From contig OX597836.1 in assembly GCA_951406725.2 (NCBI GenBank), positions 36,890,001-36,954,000 on the forward strand: 64,000 nucleotides of DNA, read 5' to 3'. The notes beneath the pieces were generated by a model, which was not told the origin of the DNA, did not search any database, and saw nothing but the letters and a program-made list of their open reading frames with translations. This stretch comes from Octopus vulgaris (taxonomy: Eukaryota). Within the stretch, counting starts at the first letter, position 1; every line of letters starts with the position of its first letter. Position numbers and translations under genes: made by a program. This document shows, piece by piece, positions 14,909-27,743 of the stretch.

Positions 14909-15520
14909 CGGGAGTAATTACTTAGAAGAGATCAGAGAATAACAAATACAAATTTATATTTTGCTAGTCGCTTATATTTCTGATTATGTCTTTAATGGCG
15001 ACAAATCTGTCCGATACTTCGGTAGATAACATCACTTAATTGGACAGGATGAAAGCAACGAAAGTAGTCATTTTGATTGTTAAATATCGTAGTAGTGTTG
15101 AATATATATATATATATAAATGTAGAATTATATTTTAGTATCTACGTGGGAATGAGTTTGTAAGTTAACCGATGTAATATTCGTTCTTTATATAAAAGTT
15201 ATGTGAGGTTGCAGAGTGTTGATATTAGTTATGGAAGAGTCTTCGTAAGAAAATTCTTGTTTTTAATAACAAAGTTATATCTAATGTTTATCTTTTATCT
15301 TCCATCTTTTGTCTTTTACTGTGACGCCGGATTGATGAGTTTTTGGTCAAATGAATCGACCCCAGTTTATTTATTTTAAGCCTGGTTTTTATTCCATAGT
15401 TTTATTTTGTTGAAGCTCTAAGTTACGGTGTATATAAACACAGCCATACGGTTTGTGAAGTAGTAGCGCTGGGGACAAACAGAGATACATACACACATAC
15501 ACACAGACACACACATATAC

Positions 15521-15786
15521 AGGCGTGTAGCTGAGCGGTTGGGGTATTCGGGTAACGATTCTAACGTCGTGAGTTCAATTCCCACGCGTTATGTCCTTAA
15601 ACAAGACATTTTATTTCACGTTGCTCCAGTTCAGTCAGTTGGGAAAAATGAGTAGTACCTTTATTCCAAAGGACCAGCCTTGAAGCCCTCTGATTCACAC
15701 TCAATCTCCCTCAGGACTACGTTATAAGTATACGTGTCTGTAGAGTGTTCAGCCTCATGCACGTTAATTTCACGAGCGGGATGTTG
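15521..15786 (+). mobile_element. Old chimeric SINE: family-C head/CORE + family-B tail
   Basis: CAAGACATTTTATTTCACGTTGCTCCAG (C core) followed by ACGTGTCTGTAGAGTGTTCAGCC...CACGTTAATTTCACGAGC (B tail). Confidence 0.7.
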
Positions 15787-15898
15787 AGCGTAGGCTCGAA
15801 ACGTAAAAGACTTTTTCTATTCCTGAGCGCTATACTAATACATTTGTTTGTATGTACACCACCTGCCTTCGTCTTTTGTTTATTTTCGTAAACTTTCC

Positions 15899-15901
<3 letters not shown>
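15786..15901 (+). mobile_element. Truncated copy of the small HHR-like element at 38380-38582
   Basis: GAGCGTAGGCTCGAAACGTAAAAGACTTTTTCTATTCCTGAGCG shared; ends in (TA)n. Confidence 0.75.
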
Positions 15902-15970
<69 letters not shown>

Positions 15971-16155
15971 TATATATACGGCAATAAGAGAATGGAGGGG
16001 TTCAAGTAGTATTCATCAACGTCTAGATATTGCAATATGTAATTGCTATGCAATGAAAAAACACTTGTGTATTAATAATTGAGTATTCTACCAGTAGTAT
16101 ATATATATATTATCCCTTAGTTGGTTGGATTCACAACCTCTAACTCTCTTGGTGT

Positions 16156-16236
<81 letters not shown>

Positions 16237-17495
16237 TGCTCAAAGTACAATACATAAAATAAAGTCAAGTAAAAGGACTGGAAATCGTTTAGTTTTTTTT
16301 TCGTAAAGGATATGAGGAAATAACAAATGATATAAATTTGAATTCTAAATACTTAGAATTCTATCCAACAACTCACATCTCAAAATCTTTGAAGCGTGAC
16401 ATTAAAATGGTTAAATGTATAATGTATGAATGAGGGCATGCTTTAGGTTATGAAAATTACTGGCGCTAGGTTAAGAAAATACAGGAAGATCAGTTAATCA
16501 TGATTTTATTCAACATATTACCTTCTTAGATCCGAATATTTATGGCAGCTGTTCTTCAGGTTATTGAAACCCTGGGAAAGAACTCGGCAATTTGGATTTC
16601 TCACCAGGCCTTTTGCGATACCTTTAAAGCCAGGAACTTTTCAGTACTCCCTTATAACATGCGATTAAACGTAGACCATATGTAAAATGACTTATAGTTC
16701 GTATATCAATCTGTCTATCAAAAGTACAAGGGACAATAAGAAAGAAACTAGTTATGATGGTTTTAATTTCATAACAAACAAGCCGAAAATCACAGACAAG
16801 TGTCAAAACATCGGAAATATACTACATGTTCTAACCCTAAAATTCTGATATGACTCACATGTCTCATTGTCTTAAAGTCATAAGCAATCCCAAATCATAC
16901 TTGCCAGTTCAATAAAAACAAGAATATGTGCCTGTAGTAAATACATTTAAAGATGCAATTAACACCAAAGCAAGAAAGTCAAGCTTCCCACTTTGTAATA
17001 ACGATACGTTAGTCAATACACTGTTTGAAAACCATCGGCAAAAGCAAAAACGTATTTAGAAAAGCTAGTCATAGATTTGTCAGCTTCGATTTCCACTAAG
17101 TATCAGGACTACATTTTATATCATTTTTACAAATGTATGTGTATTCATGAGTATGAATAAGATCGTTATTACTATAGGTTTCTGATTTATGTGTGTATGC
17201 ATGCATAAATGTGTTTCTATGCATATATTCATATACATGTGTGTGTGTGTATTTAAGTATATTTCAATGTGTGTGTACTCTCTTTACTTGTTTCAGTCAT
17301 TTGACTGTGGCCATGCTGGAGCACCGCCTTTAGTCGAGCAAATCAACCCCGGGACTTATTATTTGTAAGCCTAGTACTTATTCTATCGGTCCCTTTTTGC
17401 CGAACCGCTAAGTTACGGGGACGTAAACACACTAGCATCGGTTGTCAAGCGATGTTGGGGGTGGACAAACACAAACGCACAAACACACACACACA

Positions 17496-17535
<40 letters not shown>

Positions 17536-17996
17536 ATATGAATAAAAAATGGAGTTAACGCAGGTTTAAACAAGTATTTTTACTTTCTATATATGTTTCG
17601 AAAATTCCACTGATACTATTCAAAAGAATAAAAGGTATAAACAATGCAATCTTCTCTTCGGGAAAGTGAAAAAACGAAACTCGTCAATACGACATTTTAG
17701 CAAAAAATGATGGATTCGTATAGCGATAGACATAACGCTATTAATATTGTTTAAAAATACGTTATATGATATAACGCCATAAGTAGCTAACAGAAAGAGT
17801 AGGGATATTAATAGTGAATGTTAAATATAAAGGAAATTAAAGTTTAAACTATATATAATGATAGAGACTACTTATATGCACTAAAAGTATGTTTCTGCCA
17901 ATGCTTACATCTGTATGCTCGTTCTATAACCGTGTTTACTAGAGTATTTTTAGAAAAAATAATGAAAAATAGCTCAGAATTGCAGAGAAGACAGAA

Positions 17997-19244
17997 TTAC
18001 TTGCCTTTGTCATATGGTATCGAAATTGAGAGGATCAACCATTCTAAATGAAATTGTTCATTGTGGTCTTTTAAATCCCAAATCAGTTTGCTGAGACCGG
18101 TACTATTCCGTTTATTTCTATCCCTAAATGTTGAGTAATGGATAGAAATTCTTTTAGATAACTCTAACGATGTGCTTCCAATGTAAAATCGTACTTTATT
18201 ACGAGTACTGATTATACACTGGTATATAGAATTTTTAATCTTAGAGTTACTTGAGATAAATTTAATTCTATTGGAATTGACTTCAGATACAATAACCTTG
18301 TTATTAATATTTCTAGAGGGTTGGATTGTATTAGCTAAATTAATGTTAGTATTACTAAATGTATTAATATTTAACAGTTTGTTATTATGAGAAGATATAA
18401 TTTGCAAGAGAGTGTTTGTGTTTGAAAAACCTATCCTAACCTTATGTGAATTAATTATAGAGTAATATCTAGAATTGTTTGGAAAATTCCTAGCAATAGC
18501 TTGACGAAACAGCAGTGGGAGATTAGATTTAATTTGTCTCCCGTAAGGAATTATTGACCAAATATTTTTACTAGTATTCATAGCGTAATTACTTTTGAAG
18601 GTGTTATATTTACTTTTAGATCGGTAATAGGGGAATAAATAAGGGTTATCTGCCTTCATTCGCTTTGTATCGGTGCGTAAGTTATGTTTGTTATCAATAA
18701 TTCTTTTACGACTAGAAATCTTATCTACATTATTGAATTTACAATTAGACTGAGCAGAAACAATGTAGAAAATTTTTTCTGTATAACCTGCTTTGATTAA
18801 GGTAGAGTTATAGAATTCAGCGTTATTATTGAAAATATCAACATTAGCAGATAATTTAGATAATCTAAATGAAATATTCTTAACTAAATTCTTAGTAATT
18901 GCTCCAGGATGATTACTAAATTTGCTAATGTACTTAAGATTGGTCAACGGTTTATGATATGGGAAGTAAGAGTCACTGTGTAAATTAAGCGTAATATCTA
19001 AAAAGTTGGTCTTCGTCAGATCGTCATCAAAAACGATTTTTAAGCCCATTCTACTGAAAAAATTAACTAAACTATTGTTAACTTTTTGTACCTTTTGGTT
19101 GGAAACATTTTGGAGGTAAAGTAAACAATCATCACGATTTAGACCTTCATAAATGTTAGGGAACTCTTCAGCCATTTCAAAAAGAATATATATACAGACC
19201 AAATCAGCTATCTGTGCTGAATCAGAACTTCCCAAAGGCCACAA
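17997..19244 (-). pseudogene. Penelope reverse transcriptase C-terminal part + GIY-YIG endonuclease (truncated, premature stop)
   Basis: GLNRDDCL (YxDD-like), NFLDITL, YHKP, SNHP thumb motifs; SIYQC...FYIGST...KRISIH GIY-YIG; TAA at 17997-17999 is AAA (19306-19308) in the inverted copy, which reads on as KFCLLCNSE...CKH. Confidence 0.9.
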
Positions 19245-19637
19245 TGAACAATTTCATTTAGAATGGTTGATCCTCTCAATTTCGATACCATATGACAAAG
19301 GCAAGAAATTCTGTCTTCTCTGCAATTCTGAGCTATTTTTCGTTATTTTTTCTAAAAATACTCTAGTAAACACGGTTATAGAACGAGCATACAGATGTAA
19401 GCATTGGCAGAAACATACTTTTAGTGCATATAAGTAGTCTCTATCATTATATATAGTTTAAACTTTAATTTCCTTTATATTTAACATTCACTATTAATAT
19501 CCCTACTCTTTCTGTTAGCTACTTATGACGTTATATCATATAACGTTTTTTTAAACAATATTAATAACGTTCTGTCTATCGCTATACGAATCCATCATTT
19601 TTTGCTAAAATGTCGTATTGACGAGTTTCGTTTTTTC

Positions 19638-19723
19638 ACTTTCCCGAAGAGAAGATTGCATTGTTTATACCTTTTATTATTTTGAATAGTATCAGTGGAA
19701 TTTTCGAAACATATGTATAAAGT
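19638..19723 (+). ncRNA. HHR variant in Penelope pLTR (second copy 17582-17667, minus)
   Basis: ACTTTC-CCGAAGA-GAAGA..TTTTC-GAAA-CATATG-TA^(G/T)AAAGT; palindromic ACATATGT. Confidence 0.65.
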
Positions 19724-20252
19724 AAAAATACTTGTTTAAACCTGCGTTAACTCCATTTTTTATTCATATTATTCAAAATATTCAACGTAAACACGAAGTT
19801 TCAACCTTTATAAACAAGGAGTTACAACATCTTTACTTGTGAGATTTTTGCTGCCCTAGTAACTATTTATTTATTTATCCGTGTTAATTGTTAACAAGGT
19901 AAAATACACTCATCTATTTATATATATATATATACGACGGGCTTCTTTCAGTTTCCGTCTACCAAATCCACCCACAAGGCTTTGGTCGGCCTGAGGCTAT
20001 AGCAGAAGACACTTGCCCAAGGTGCCACGCAGCGGGACTTAACCTGGAATCATGTAGTTACTAAGCAAGCTACTTACCACACAGCCACTCCGACGCCAAA
20101 GGGTTTTTTAAAAATTGGTTCTCAACCGGGGTCGACATTGTTCTTGGAGTTCCATTTAAAATTGTGTTGTTAAATTTTATCTGCAATCAACTCGTCAGAC
20201 TTCTGTAATACTCTAGATAAGTTAACACATATTTTACACAAATCCTAATAAT

Positions 20253-20488
20253 ATCTGTTTCTGTATTGCCCACAGGGAGGCTAAACATAGAGGAAACAAA
20301 GAAGGACAGGCAAATGGATTAAGTCGATTATATCGACCCCAGTGCGTAACTGGTACTTACTTAATCGACCCTGAAAAGATTAAAGACAAAGTCGACATCG
20401 ATTGAATTTGATCTCAGAACGTAGTTGCAGACGAAATACCGCTAAGAATTTCACCCGGAGTGCTAATGATTCTGCCAGCTAGCTGCCC
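20253..20488 (-). mobile_element. SINE family D monomer
   Basis: Homology to 7471-7887. Confidence 0.85.
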
Positions 20489-20867
20489 TAATTCCTAATA
20501 GTATTTAATTATGGAAATATAATGGGAATTTTTTAAACCTTCAAATGGCTGTTGGGGACCATCCGATTGAAATAAAGGGTTCACCAGAACAAAGAAATGA
20601 TTCAGACTCTCTGATCTAAAACTTTAGAAAATTTTCTTGTTCCAAGCGCAATAAGATACTCCTTAAAGCAGTCATTTCTACAATTCGAGCTACTTTGCAA
20701 GTATGCACTTACACAGACATTGCCTTCCATCAGGTTTATGTTAATCTGTTTTTCGAATTTTCTTTTTCTTTCTATCACAAATAATCTTTGATTTATGAAA
20801 ATATATTTTTTACATATCTCCGAATGTATGGGTATGTAATTGCATATGCATATGCGTATTCATACGT

Positions 20868-20930
20868 GTATATATATATATATATTTATATATATGTATA
20901 TATATGTATGTATATATATGTATATATATG

Positions 20931-20961
<31 letters not shown>

Positions 20962-20966
20962 GTATA

Positions 20967-21041
<75 letters not shown>

Positions 21042-21160
21042 ATATATGTATATATATGTATGTATGTATATACATATATATGTATATATATGTATGTATA
21101 TATATATATGTATATATATATATATGTATATATATATACATATATGTATATATATGAATG

Positions 21161-21230
<70 letters not shown>

Positions 21231-21240
21231 CATACATGTA
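20868..21240. repeat. Compound (TA)n/(TATG)n microsatellite
   Basis: Direct inspection. Confidence 0.95.
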
Positions 21241-22001
21241 CATATGTATTTTGTTTTATATATCTAATATACACACACATACACACCCACGCACGCACGC
21301 ACACACTCACACATATAATGTCATACATTTTAATTAGTTCGCCACTGTCTCAGAAGCAACAAAGGCAATCCAACATATATTATAAAAGTTTATTCGTCGT
21401 GCCTGACAATCCCATATCATTAAATATATATCCTCAATGAAGATACAAAAATAAAAGAAATCAATCAGAGGAGAATAATACGTGCATTAGATATATAATA
21501 ATGGAATCTGTTACACGCTTCGGGTATCATTTCTGACTAGCATTAAAAAAGAAACAATTCATGCGGTAATATACAGAAAAATAATTGTTACTGTCACGAA
21601 CTGCTTTCCAAAAATTTCTTTTCATTTCGACTGAAGACAATTATCTTATATGCGTAAGTGTTTTAAACCTTATGGCTCTTCCAGTGTCAAATATTTACGT
21701 GGAGTTATTCAAACCTGTAATTATTGACAAGTAATTATTTTTTTCCCCCCTGCAAAAGAATGATACCTTTCTAAAGTATTAGGCTTTGCTTAATCGCCAT
21801 TCAGATCTGATCGTGCAAAATATTTGTCTAATGTTGTGTATTTATTTATCCAGTTATTGTTATTTCGGAGCAACAACCTTAATATCTACGTTCTAGTTAA
21901 TAGCGCCATTCGGTTCTTGGGTGAACATAATGGAGCCCTTAACGCTGTAAGCATTCAGACCATACCTCCTGTCAGCAAAAAAAATTTTCTCAATCATAAA
22001 C

Positions 22002-22240
22002 AGGCGCAGGAATGGCTTTGTGGTAAGTAGCTTGCTAACCAACCACATAGTTCCGGGTTCAGTCCCACTGCGTGGCATCTTGGGCAAGTGTCTTCTGCTA
22101 TGGCCCCGGGCCGACCAATGCCTTGTGAGAGGATTTGGTAGACGGAAACTGAAAGAAGCCTGTCGTATATATGTATATATATAAGTGTGTGTGTATATGT
22201 TTGTGTGTCTGTGTTTGTCCCCCAACCGATGCTGGTGTGG
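22002..22240 (+). mobile_element. SINE family A, 5' half
   Basis: Head and body match; tail missing. Confidence 0.85.
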
Positions 22241-22849
22241 TTAGAGAAAGGTATAGGCGTGCACCAAAAGTACATTAAAATATTTATTATTGTTATTTTA
22301 TTTTCTTCATTCAAAAATATTGCAGCGTTGTTTTTATTAGTTTGGCATTTCGTCAAACATTTACCTGTCACGTTTCGGAGTCATTTTCTGTACTGAACAC
22401 TTCTCTTTTCAGGTGTTTTCCTTATAGTAAGTAATTCTTGTCACTTGGCTTTCCGCCACTTGGTCTGTACCATCACCAGGACATTTAGGCCGGCACTCTG
22501 GTATGATGATAATATATTGTTTCCAGTTCAACAACGCTGTCCTCCTTCATAATCATAAAGTGAACGAAAGAGTGCTGATCTAATTCAGCTAGAAAGAATG
22601 CTAGAGTAAAAGTAACAATTTAAAATCTAAGTGAGGAAAGGAGATGCTAGTAACTTTCCCATTTCAAACAATTTTTGTGGGAAATAAAACGAAAAAAATC
22701 CGGGGTTTTTTTTGTGAATGAGTATTCAGAAATAAAATATTTCTGAATAGACAGTTTTTCTTGCCGAGTTTCAAAAGAGAAAGGGTGTGTTCTACTTCTT
22801 TATTAACAATATCTTATAAAGATAACAAAGGTGGTTATTTGTTGCGTAT

Positions 22850-23197
22850 GTATGATTTACTTAAGCTGTAAATACAGAACGGTAGCGTGAAAGCTCGACA
22901 GGCAGAAATTAACCCTGAATTAGATAAAGAACCTAAAACCACTGCCGCCAGACAAACAAAACAGATCAAACAGACTGCAAAACACAACAGACAGAAAAAA
23001 ATTTAGAAGGTCTGGAGCCAGAAGCCTCTGGAAGGGCATTATATTCTTCGAAGCAGGAATGCTGATGTTTAACCAAGAAACAACTTAGCAGTGGCTGAGA
23101 AGCTAAGGACTGATCGCAGAGACTAGAGGTTTCATATTAGCGACACAAGATCAAAGAGTGCTTACCAAATTCTACCAGGCTAACTTTCTTCAGAACG
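22850..23197 (+). pseudogene. R4/Dong-like (RLE) LINE fragment
   Basis: Translates QWLRS*GLIAETRGFILATQDQRVLTKFYQANFLQN, like the WL..G.L.AETEG...AAQDQ.L.T motif of RLE LINEs. Confidence 0.7.
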
Positions 23198-23630
23198 GTC
23201 CGTTGTTTGACCATAACCAGTTGAGTATGTCTCTTAGTAGTTGACGATATGTGCGTCTCTGATCACAAGCAGAAATAGTGGGGTAGCAACATAACCATGT
23301 GTTGAGAGGAATTCTTTGGGGTTTGAATAATTCGCCTCTGGAAACATGGGTGCATCATTCAACATCCTTAAGCAATCATTATTCAGGGACCTTTTCTGTG
23401 GGATGGGCTACTCGACCCGAATAAAATTCTAACTGTGCATCACCTACAAGGTCATGCGCTGTTTATCTTGATATGGGATGTCAATGTTGCGCACATATGG
23501 TTTTGATGCATGTGCCTAGTGCATGTGCCTAGTGTACCCTTACCCGACGGGTAGTAATGATGAGTATACTGGGCTTTCTATATTTTATCCTAGTGTCACT
23601 TTGACGACATGCACTACTCTCTCACTCAAA
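23198..23630 (+). mobile_element. Unclassified retro-type insert ending in (AAT)n
   Basis: Higher-complexity block between two LINE fragments, followed directly by an (AAT)n tail. Confidence 0.4.
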
Positions 23631-23695
<65 letters not shown>

Positions 23696-23782
23696 TTATA
23701 AGAAGAAGAGGAAGAAAAAGAAGAAGAAGAAGAAGAAGAAGAAGAAGAACAACAACAACAACAACAACAACAACAATAATAA
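23631..23782. repeat. (AAT)n-(AAG)n-(AAC)n compound microsatellite
   Basis: Direct inspection. Confidence 0.95.
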
Positions 23783-23789
23783 TCGACTA

Positions 23790-24130
23790 GGAAATTAGAC
23801 GTTGCTTATTAATTAATCCATCATGTCCGTCTTATTCCAGGATGGAAAAGAAAGAGGATGAACAGTAAAAAATATACAATCCCTCAAAAGTTGAAATTTC
23901 AAATATTTGGAGTATGAAAACTGTAAAGATTGTGCCTGTGACAATTGGTGCATTGGGAACTCTAAGTACAGTTATTGAGAAATGGTTGAAGGAGCTTGGA
24001 ATAGAATGCCCTGTAGAACTCCTACAGTAAGTTTGTCTATTATTGACAGGAATGATTATCAGGCTAGTCTTAGGCGCTTGAATGTCTGCTGAATGCTTGT
24101 GGATATCTGAGGTTACGGCTAATAACCCGC
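23790..24130 (+). pseudogene. R4/Dong-like LINE C-terminal restriction-like endonuclease fragment
   Basis: Translates LKVEISNIWSMKTVKIVPVTIGALGTLSTVIEKWLKELGIECPVELLQ*VCLLLTGMIIRLVL (P.VIGALG...LQK..LL.T..I.R.VL motif). Confidence 0.75.
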
Positions 24131-24400
24131 TACTTACAAAACATTCTACCAGGAACAAGAACGAATCTGAATCAAATCCTCAATGATGATATTTATTTAT
24201 TTATTTATTTATTTATTCACTAAAATTCTCCTGGTTTACTATATTACTTCTCATTCTCCACTCCACATCTGCTCTAAGTATGGCTGCCAACTCAATACTT
24301 CCTGATCTGTTTGGTATTTGCAACATTCGATGCCAGCGTGTTGCTCCATTTGAGACGGTGCCAAGTGCACCGATCTCAATTTCATCATCTCATCATCATC

Positions 24401-24414
24401 ATTACTACTACTAT

Positions 24415-24471
<57 letters not shown>

Positions 24472-24612
24472 TACTACTGCTGCTACTACTTCTACTACTA
24501 CTACTATTACTACTACTATTACTACCACTACCACTATTACTACCACTACTACTACTACTTCTACTACTACTACTGCTGCTGTTGCTGCTGCCACTACTAA
24601 TACTACTTCTAT

Positions 24613-24645
<33 letters not shown>

Positions 24646-24832
24646 AACAACTACTACTACTGCTGCTGCTGCTGCCACTGCTGCTACTGCTACGACTACT
24701 ACTACTACTATTACTACTCCTCATCCTACTATTACTAACATTACTACTACTTCAACTACTACTACTACTGCTACTACTATTATTATTACTACTACTACTT
24801 CTACTACTACTACTAATTCTACTACTACTACT
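24401..24832. repeat. (TAC)n microsatellite with TGC variants
   Basis: Direct inspection. Confidence 0.95.
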
Positions 24833-25283
24833 GCAAACTGAATGCCCTTGAGCAGAAGACTAGCAATAGGAACCCCCCACAGAATTAAAACTAATATTCC
24901 AACAACATCACGAACCTCATTAGCAAATCATATTAGCTCCCATCGTGTCATTTAATTATTCCGATTACGAACCAAAGAGACAAGCTGTTCGCGGGAACTC
25001 AATTTGCTAAGATTAGCAAGGAAGCTGTCTCTCAAATCACATTTCACTGCCATTGAAAGAAAGAAGACAGTGGAAAAATAGTCGCTGACGAACAAATATC
25101 GAGATTGGTTGTGGCTGTAAAGACATTGATTATGCTGTGACAAGATCAGAGCTGACAAGACGCTAAACAACCATAACGAGAGTATTGAGAAAGCTACAAT
25201 AAAAATTAACACCCATCTCCCAAAAAGAGCTACACCAATCGACTATAACTGTAGCAACAGAAACAAGAACAGAAGCAACAAGT

Positions 25284-25640
25284 CGAAGCGCAATGGTCCA
25301 GCGGTTAGGGCAGCGGATTCGCGGTCAGAGGATCGCGGTTTCGATTCCCAGACTGGGCATTGTGTGTGTTTATTGAGCGAAAAACACCTAAAGCTCCACG
25401 AGGCTCCGGCAGGGGGTGGTGGCGACCCCTGTTGTACTCTTTCGTCCCAACCTTCTCTCACTCTTTCTTCCTGTTCCTTGTCCCGACTTCCTACGCAACC
25501 GCTGAGCCTGGATGCGCATTCATCCATCCGTCGAGGCTTTCGGTATCGGGGGTTGACCTGCTTTCTCTTCTGCGGGTCTTACGAATAGCAAAGAACCACG
25601 TTTCGGACTTCTCCCATCTTGCGAAGACCGTTCGCTCAAC
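25284..25640 (+). mobile_element. SINE family-B head with alternative tail 2
   Basis: B head/body to CTCTCACTCTTTCTTCCTGTT, then unrelated tail ending in (CAA/CAG)n. Confidence 0.8.
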
Positions 25641-25742
25641 AGCAACAGCAACAGCAGCAACAACAGCAGCAGCGGTAGGAACAAGATCAGAAAAAGCAAA
25701 AGATAGACATCGACGACGGTTACAGCAGCAACAACAACAACA

Positions 25743-26220
25743 GTGGAGGAGCAATGGCCCAGTAATTAGGGCAACGGACTCGCGGTCGTAAGAGCGCGGA
25801 TTCGATTCCCAGACCGGGCATTGTTTGTGTTTATTGAGCAAAAACACCTAAGCTCCACGAGCCTCCAGCAGGGTTAATGGTGAACCCCGCTGTATTCTTT
25901 CACCACAACTTTCTCTCACTCTGTCTTCCTTCTCCTGCCACAGAGCAAAAGAACCATGGTGTAACCCACTATGGTGTGGTAAACTTTCAGACCCTAGTCT
26001 AGATTGCGTATCATCTGTACCCCAGGAAGGTTCAGCTCTCCACCCGTTAAAAGCTACCGTTTACTGAATGAGGATAACAACGTAGCTTTCGCGCCCTTGC
26101 AGCCGCAAGACTATTGCGTGAGGTGAGTGGATCTTCAAGTTGCGACACGCATTCTTATTAGCTTTGAGTAGGCTTGAATTAGAGATTACTGTTTGTGGCT
26201 AGTGGCGTGAGTCCTGATTG
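25743..26220 (+). mobile_element. SINE family-B head with alternative tail 3, followed by (GAA)n
   Basis: B head/body to 25930, then about 290 bp of different sequence running into (GAA)n. Confidence 0.7.
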
Positions 26221-26392
26221 GAAGAAGGAGGAGAAGAAGAAGAAGAAGAAGAAGAAGAAGAAGAAGAAGAAGAAGAAGAAGAAGAAGAAGAAGAAGAAGA
26301 AGAAGAAGAAGAAGAAGAAGAAGAAGAAGAAGAAGAAGAAGAAGAAGAAGAAGAAGAAGAAGAAGAAGAAGAAGAAGAAGAAGAAGAAGAAG
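26221..26392. repeat. (GAA)n microsatellite
   Basis: Direct inspection. Confidence 0.97.
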
Positions 26393-26880
26393 ACAAAAGC
26401 TGCAGCTAGAAGAATACCAAAATTAGAAGTAACGACGTCTACCACAAGAACTGCAACCTCAGAATGTATTCAAGTGTGATGAACTGAAATCAAAGGAAAA
26501 ATAACAGAAATTTCAGATTTAGTTTTCCTTTAGCTTTTTATTAATAAGTTACTGAGACAGATTTAGATCTTCTGCTTCATTCGTATATTTGAGTTTTGTA
26601 GTTGTTGTTACTTAAGTTGTTATTGTTGAAGCCGCTGTTGCTTTGGTCCACTATAGTTTAATTGAACCAAGTCAACTGGTACTGCTATTATAAGTATAGT
26701 AAACAGTAAAATTAAAGACAAGTAATACGTATAAACAGCCTAGGCAAACGACGACTAACTGGGTTTTCTTTTATAACGAGTGCGGTATTGTTGCTATACG
26801 TAGGAGCATTCAATATTCACGATGGATGATGCTTCTCGATAATGCTTCCGCTAGTCACATCGATAGACCTATGTGGAGTA

Positions 26881-27288
26881 ATACCTGTTTGTTTACTACC
26901 CACAAGGGGCTAAACACAGAGAGGACAAACACGGACAGACAAACGGATTAAGTCGATTATATCGACCCCAGTGCGTAACTGGTACTTATTTAATCGACAC
27001 CGAAAGGATGAAAGTCAAAGTCGACCTCGGCGGAATTTGAATTCAGAACGTAGCGGCAGATGAAATACCTATTTCTTTACTACCCACAAGGGGCTAAACA
27101 CAGAGAGGACAAACAAGGACAGACAAATGGATTAAGTCGATTTATATCGACTCTCAGTGCGTAACTGGTACTTATTTAATCGACTCCGAAAGGATGAAAG
27201 GCGGAATTTGAACTCAGAACGTAATGGCAGACGAAATACGGCTACACATTTCGCCCGGCGTGCTAAAGTTTCTGCCAGCGCGCCGCCT
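26881..27288 (-). mobile_element. SINE family D, internally duplicated
   Basis: Two tandem units plus head. Confidence 0.88.
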
Positions 27289-27507
27289 TCGGGCAATACC
27301 ACTGTACAAACACACATTATTAAACCCTAATGAATTAATGCTTCTATATATCTAGGACGTTGCGACGACGACACAGAAACATTAATACCACATCGGGAAT
27401 AGTGTTACTTTCCTCGCTCTCTCTTTCTCTCTCTCTCTCTATCTGTCACTCCCTCGCTCTCTTTCTGTCACTCTCTCTCTCTCACTTTCTCTCACACACA
27501 ATCCATT

Positions 27508-27743
27508 AGTAGAAAAAGACAAGGAAATTAAAGAAAACTTCAAACAATGTTGAAAGATTTACAAAAGCCTTTACATTTCAGCCGGAAAGGCCTATCTTCA
27601 GAAGAAAGCAGTCCAAGAACAAAGTTAATATTAAGTCTTTTTCCTACTTCTGAAGAGAGGCCTTTTCCCCTGAAATATAAAGGTTGTTGTATAACGTCTT
27701 GCAATGTTAGAAACTTTCGTTATCTTCGTTTTCTTTTTCTACT
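27508..27743. mobile_element. Old foldback element with an HHR-like motif in each arm
   Basis: AGTAGAAAAAGA...TCTTTTTCTACT ends; CTT-CTGAAGA-(T/G)AGGCCTTT....CT-GAAA-TRTA-AAGG on both strands. Confidence 0.6.

Larger units (their letters stand above)
17536..19914 (-). mobile_element. Penelope-like retroelement, 5'-truncated, inverted pLTRs
   Basis: 531-bp inverted repeats 17536-18066 / 19239-19769, extra tail 19770-19914, ORF with RT and GIY-YIG motifs. Confidence 0.92.
17277..20090 (-). mobile_element. SINE family A split by a Penelope insertion (pieces 17277-17531 and 19915-20090)
   Basis: 3' half before and 5' half after the insert join seamlessly at the internal (TA)n. Confidence 0.88.

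Noticed and set aside
16300-17100. Possible decayed LINE RT on minus strand
   Set aside because: Only a weak DLGLL-like patch; not supportable by eye.
19153-19437. Independent 94-aa gene
   Set aside because: Chimera across the Penelope inversion junction; the C-terminal part is the duplicated GIY-YIG end.
22413-22426. 14-nt micro-exon (TTTTCAG...ATA|GTAAGT)
   Set aside because: Weak exon-side donor, not frame-preserving, expected by chance.
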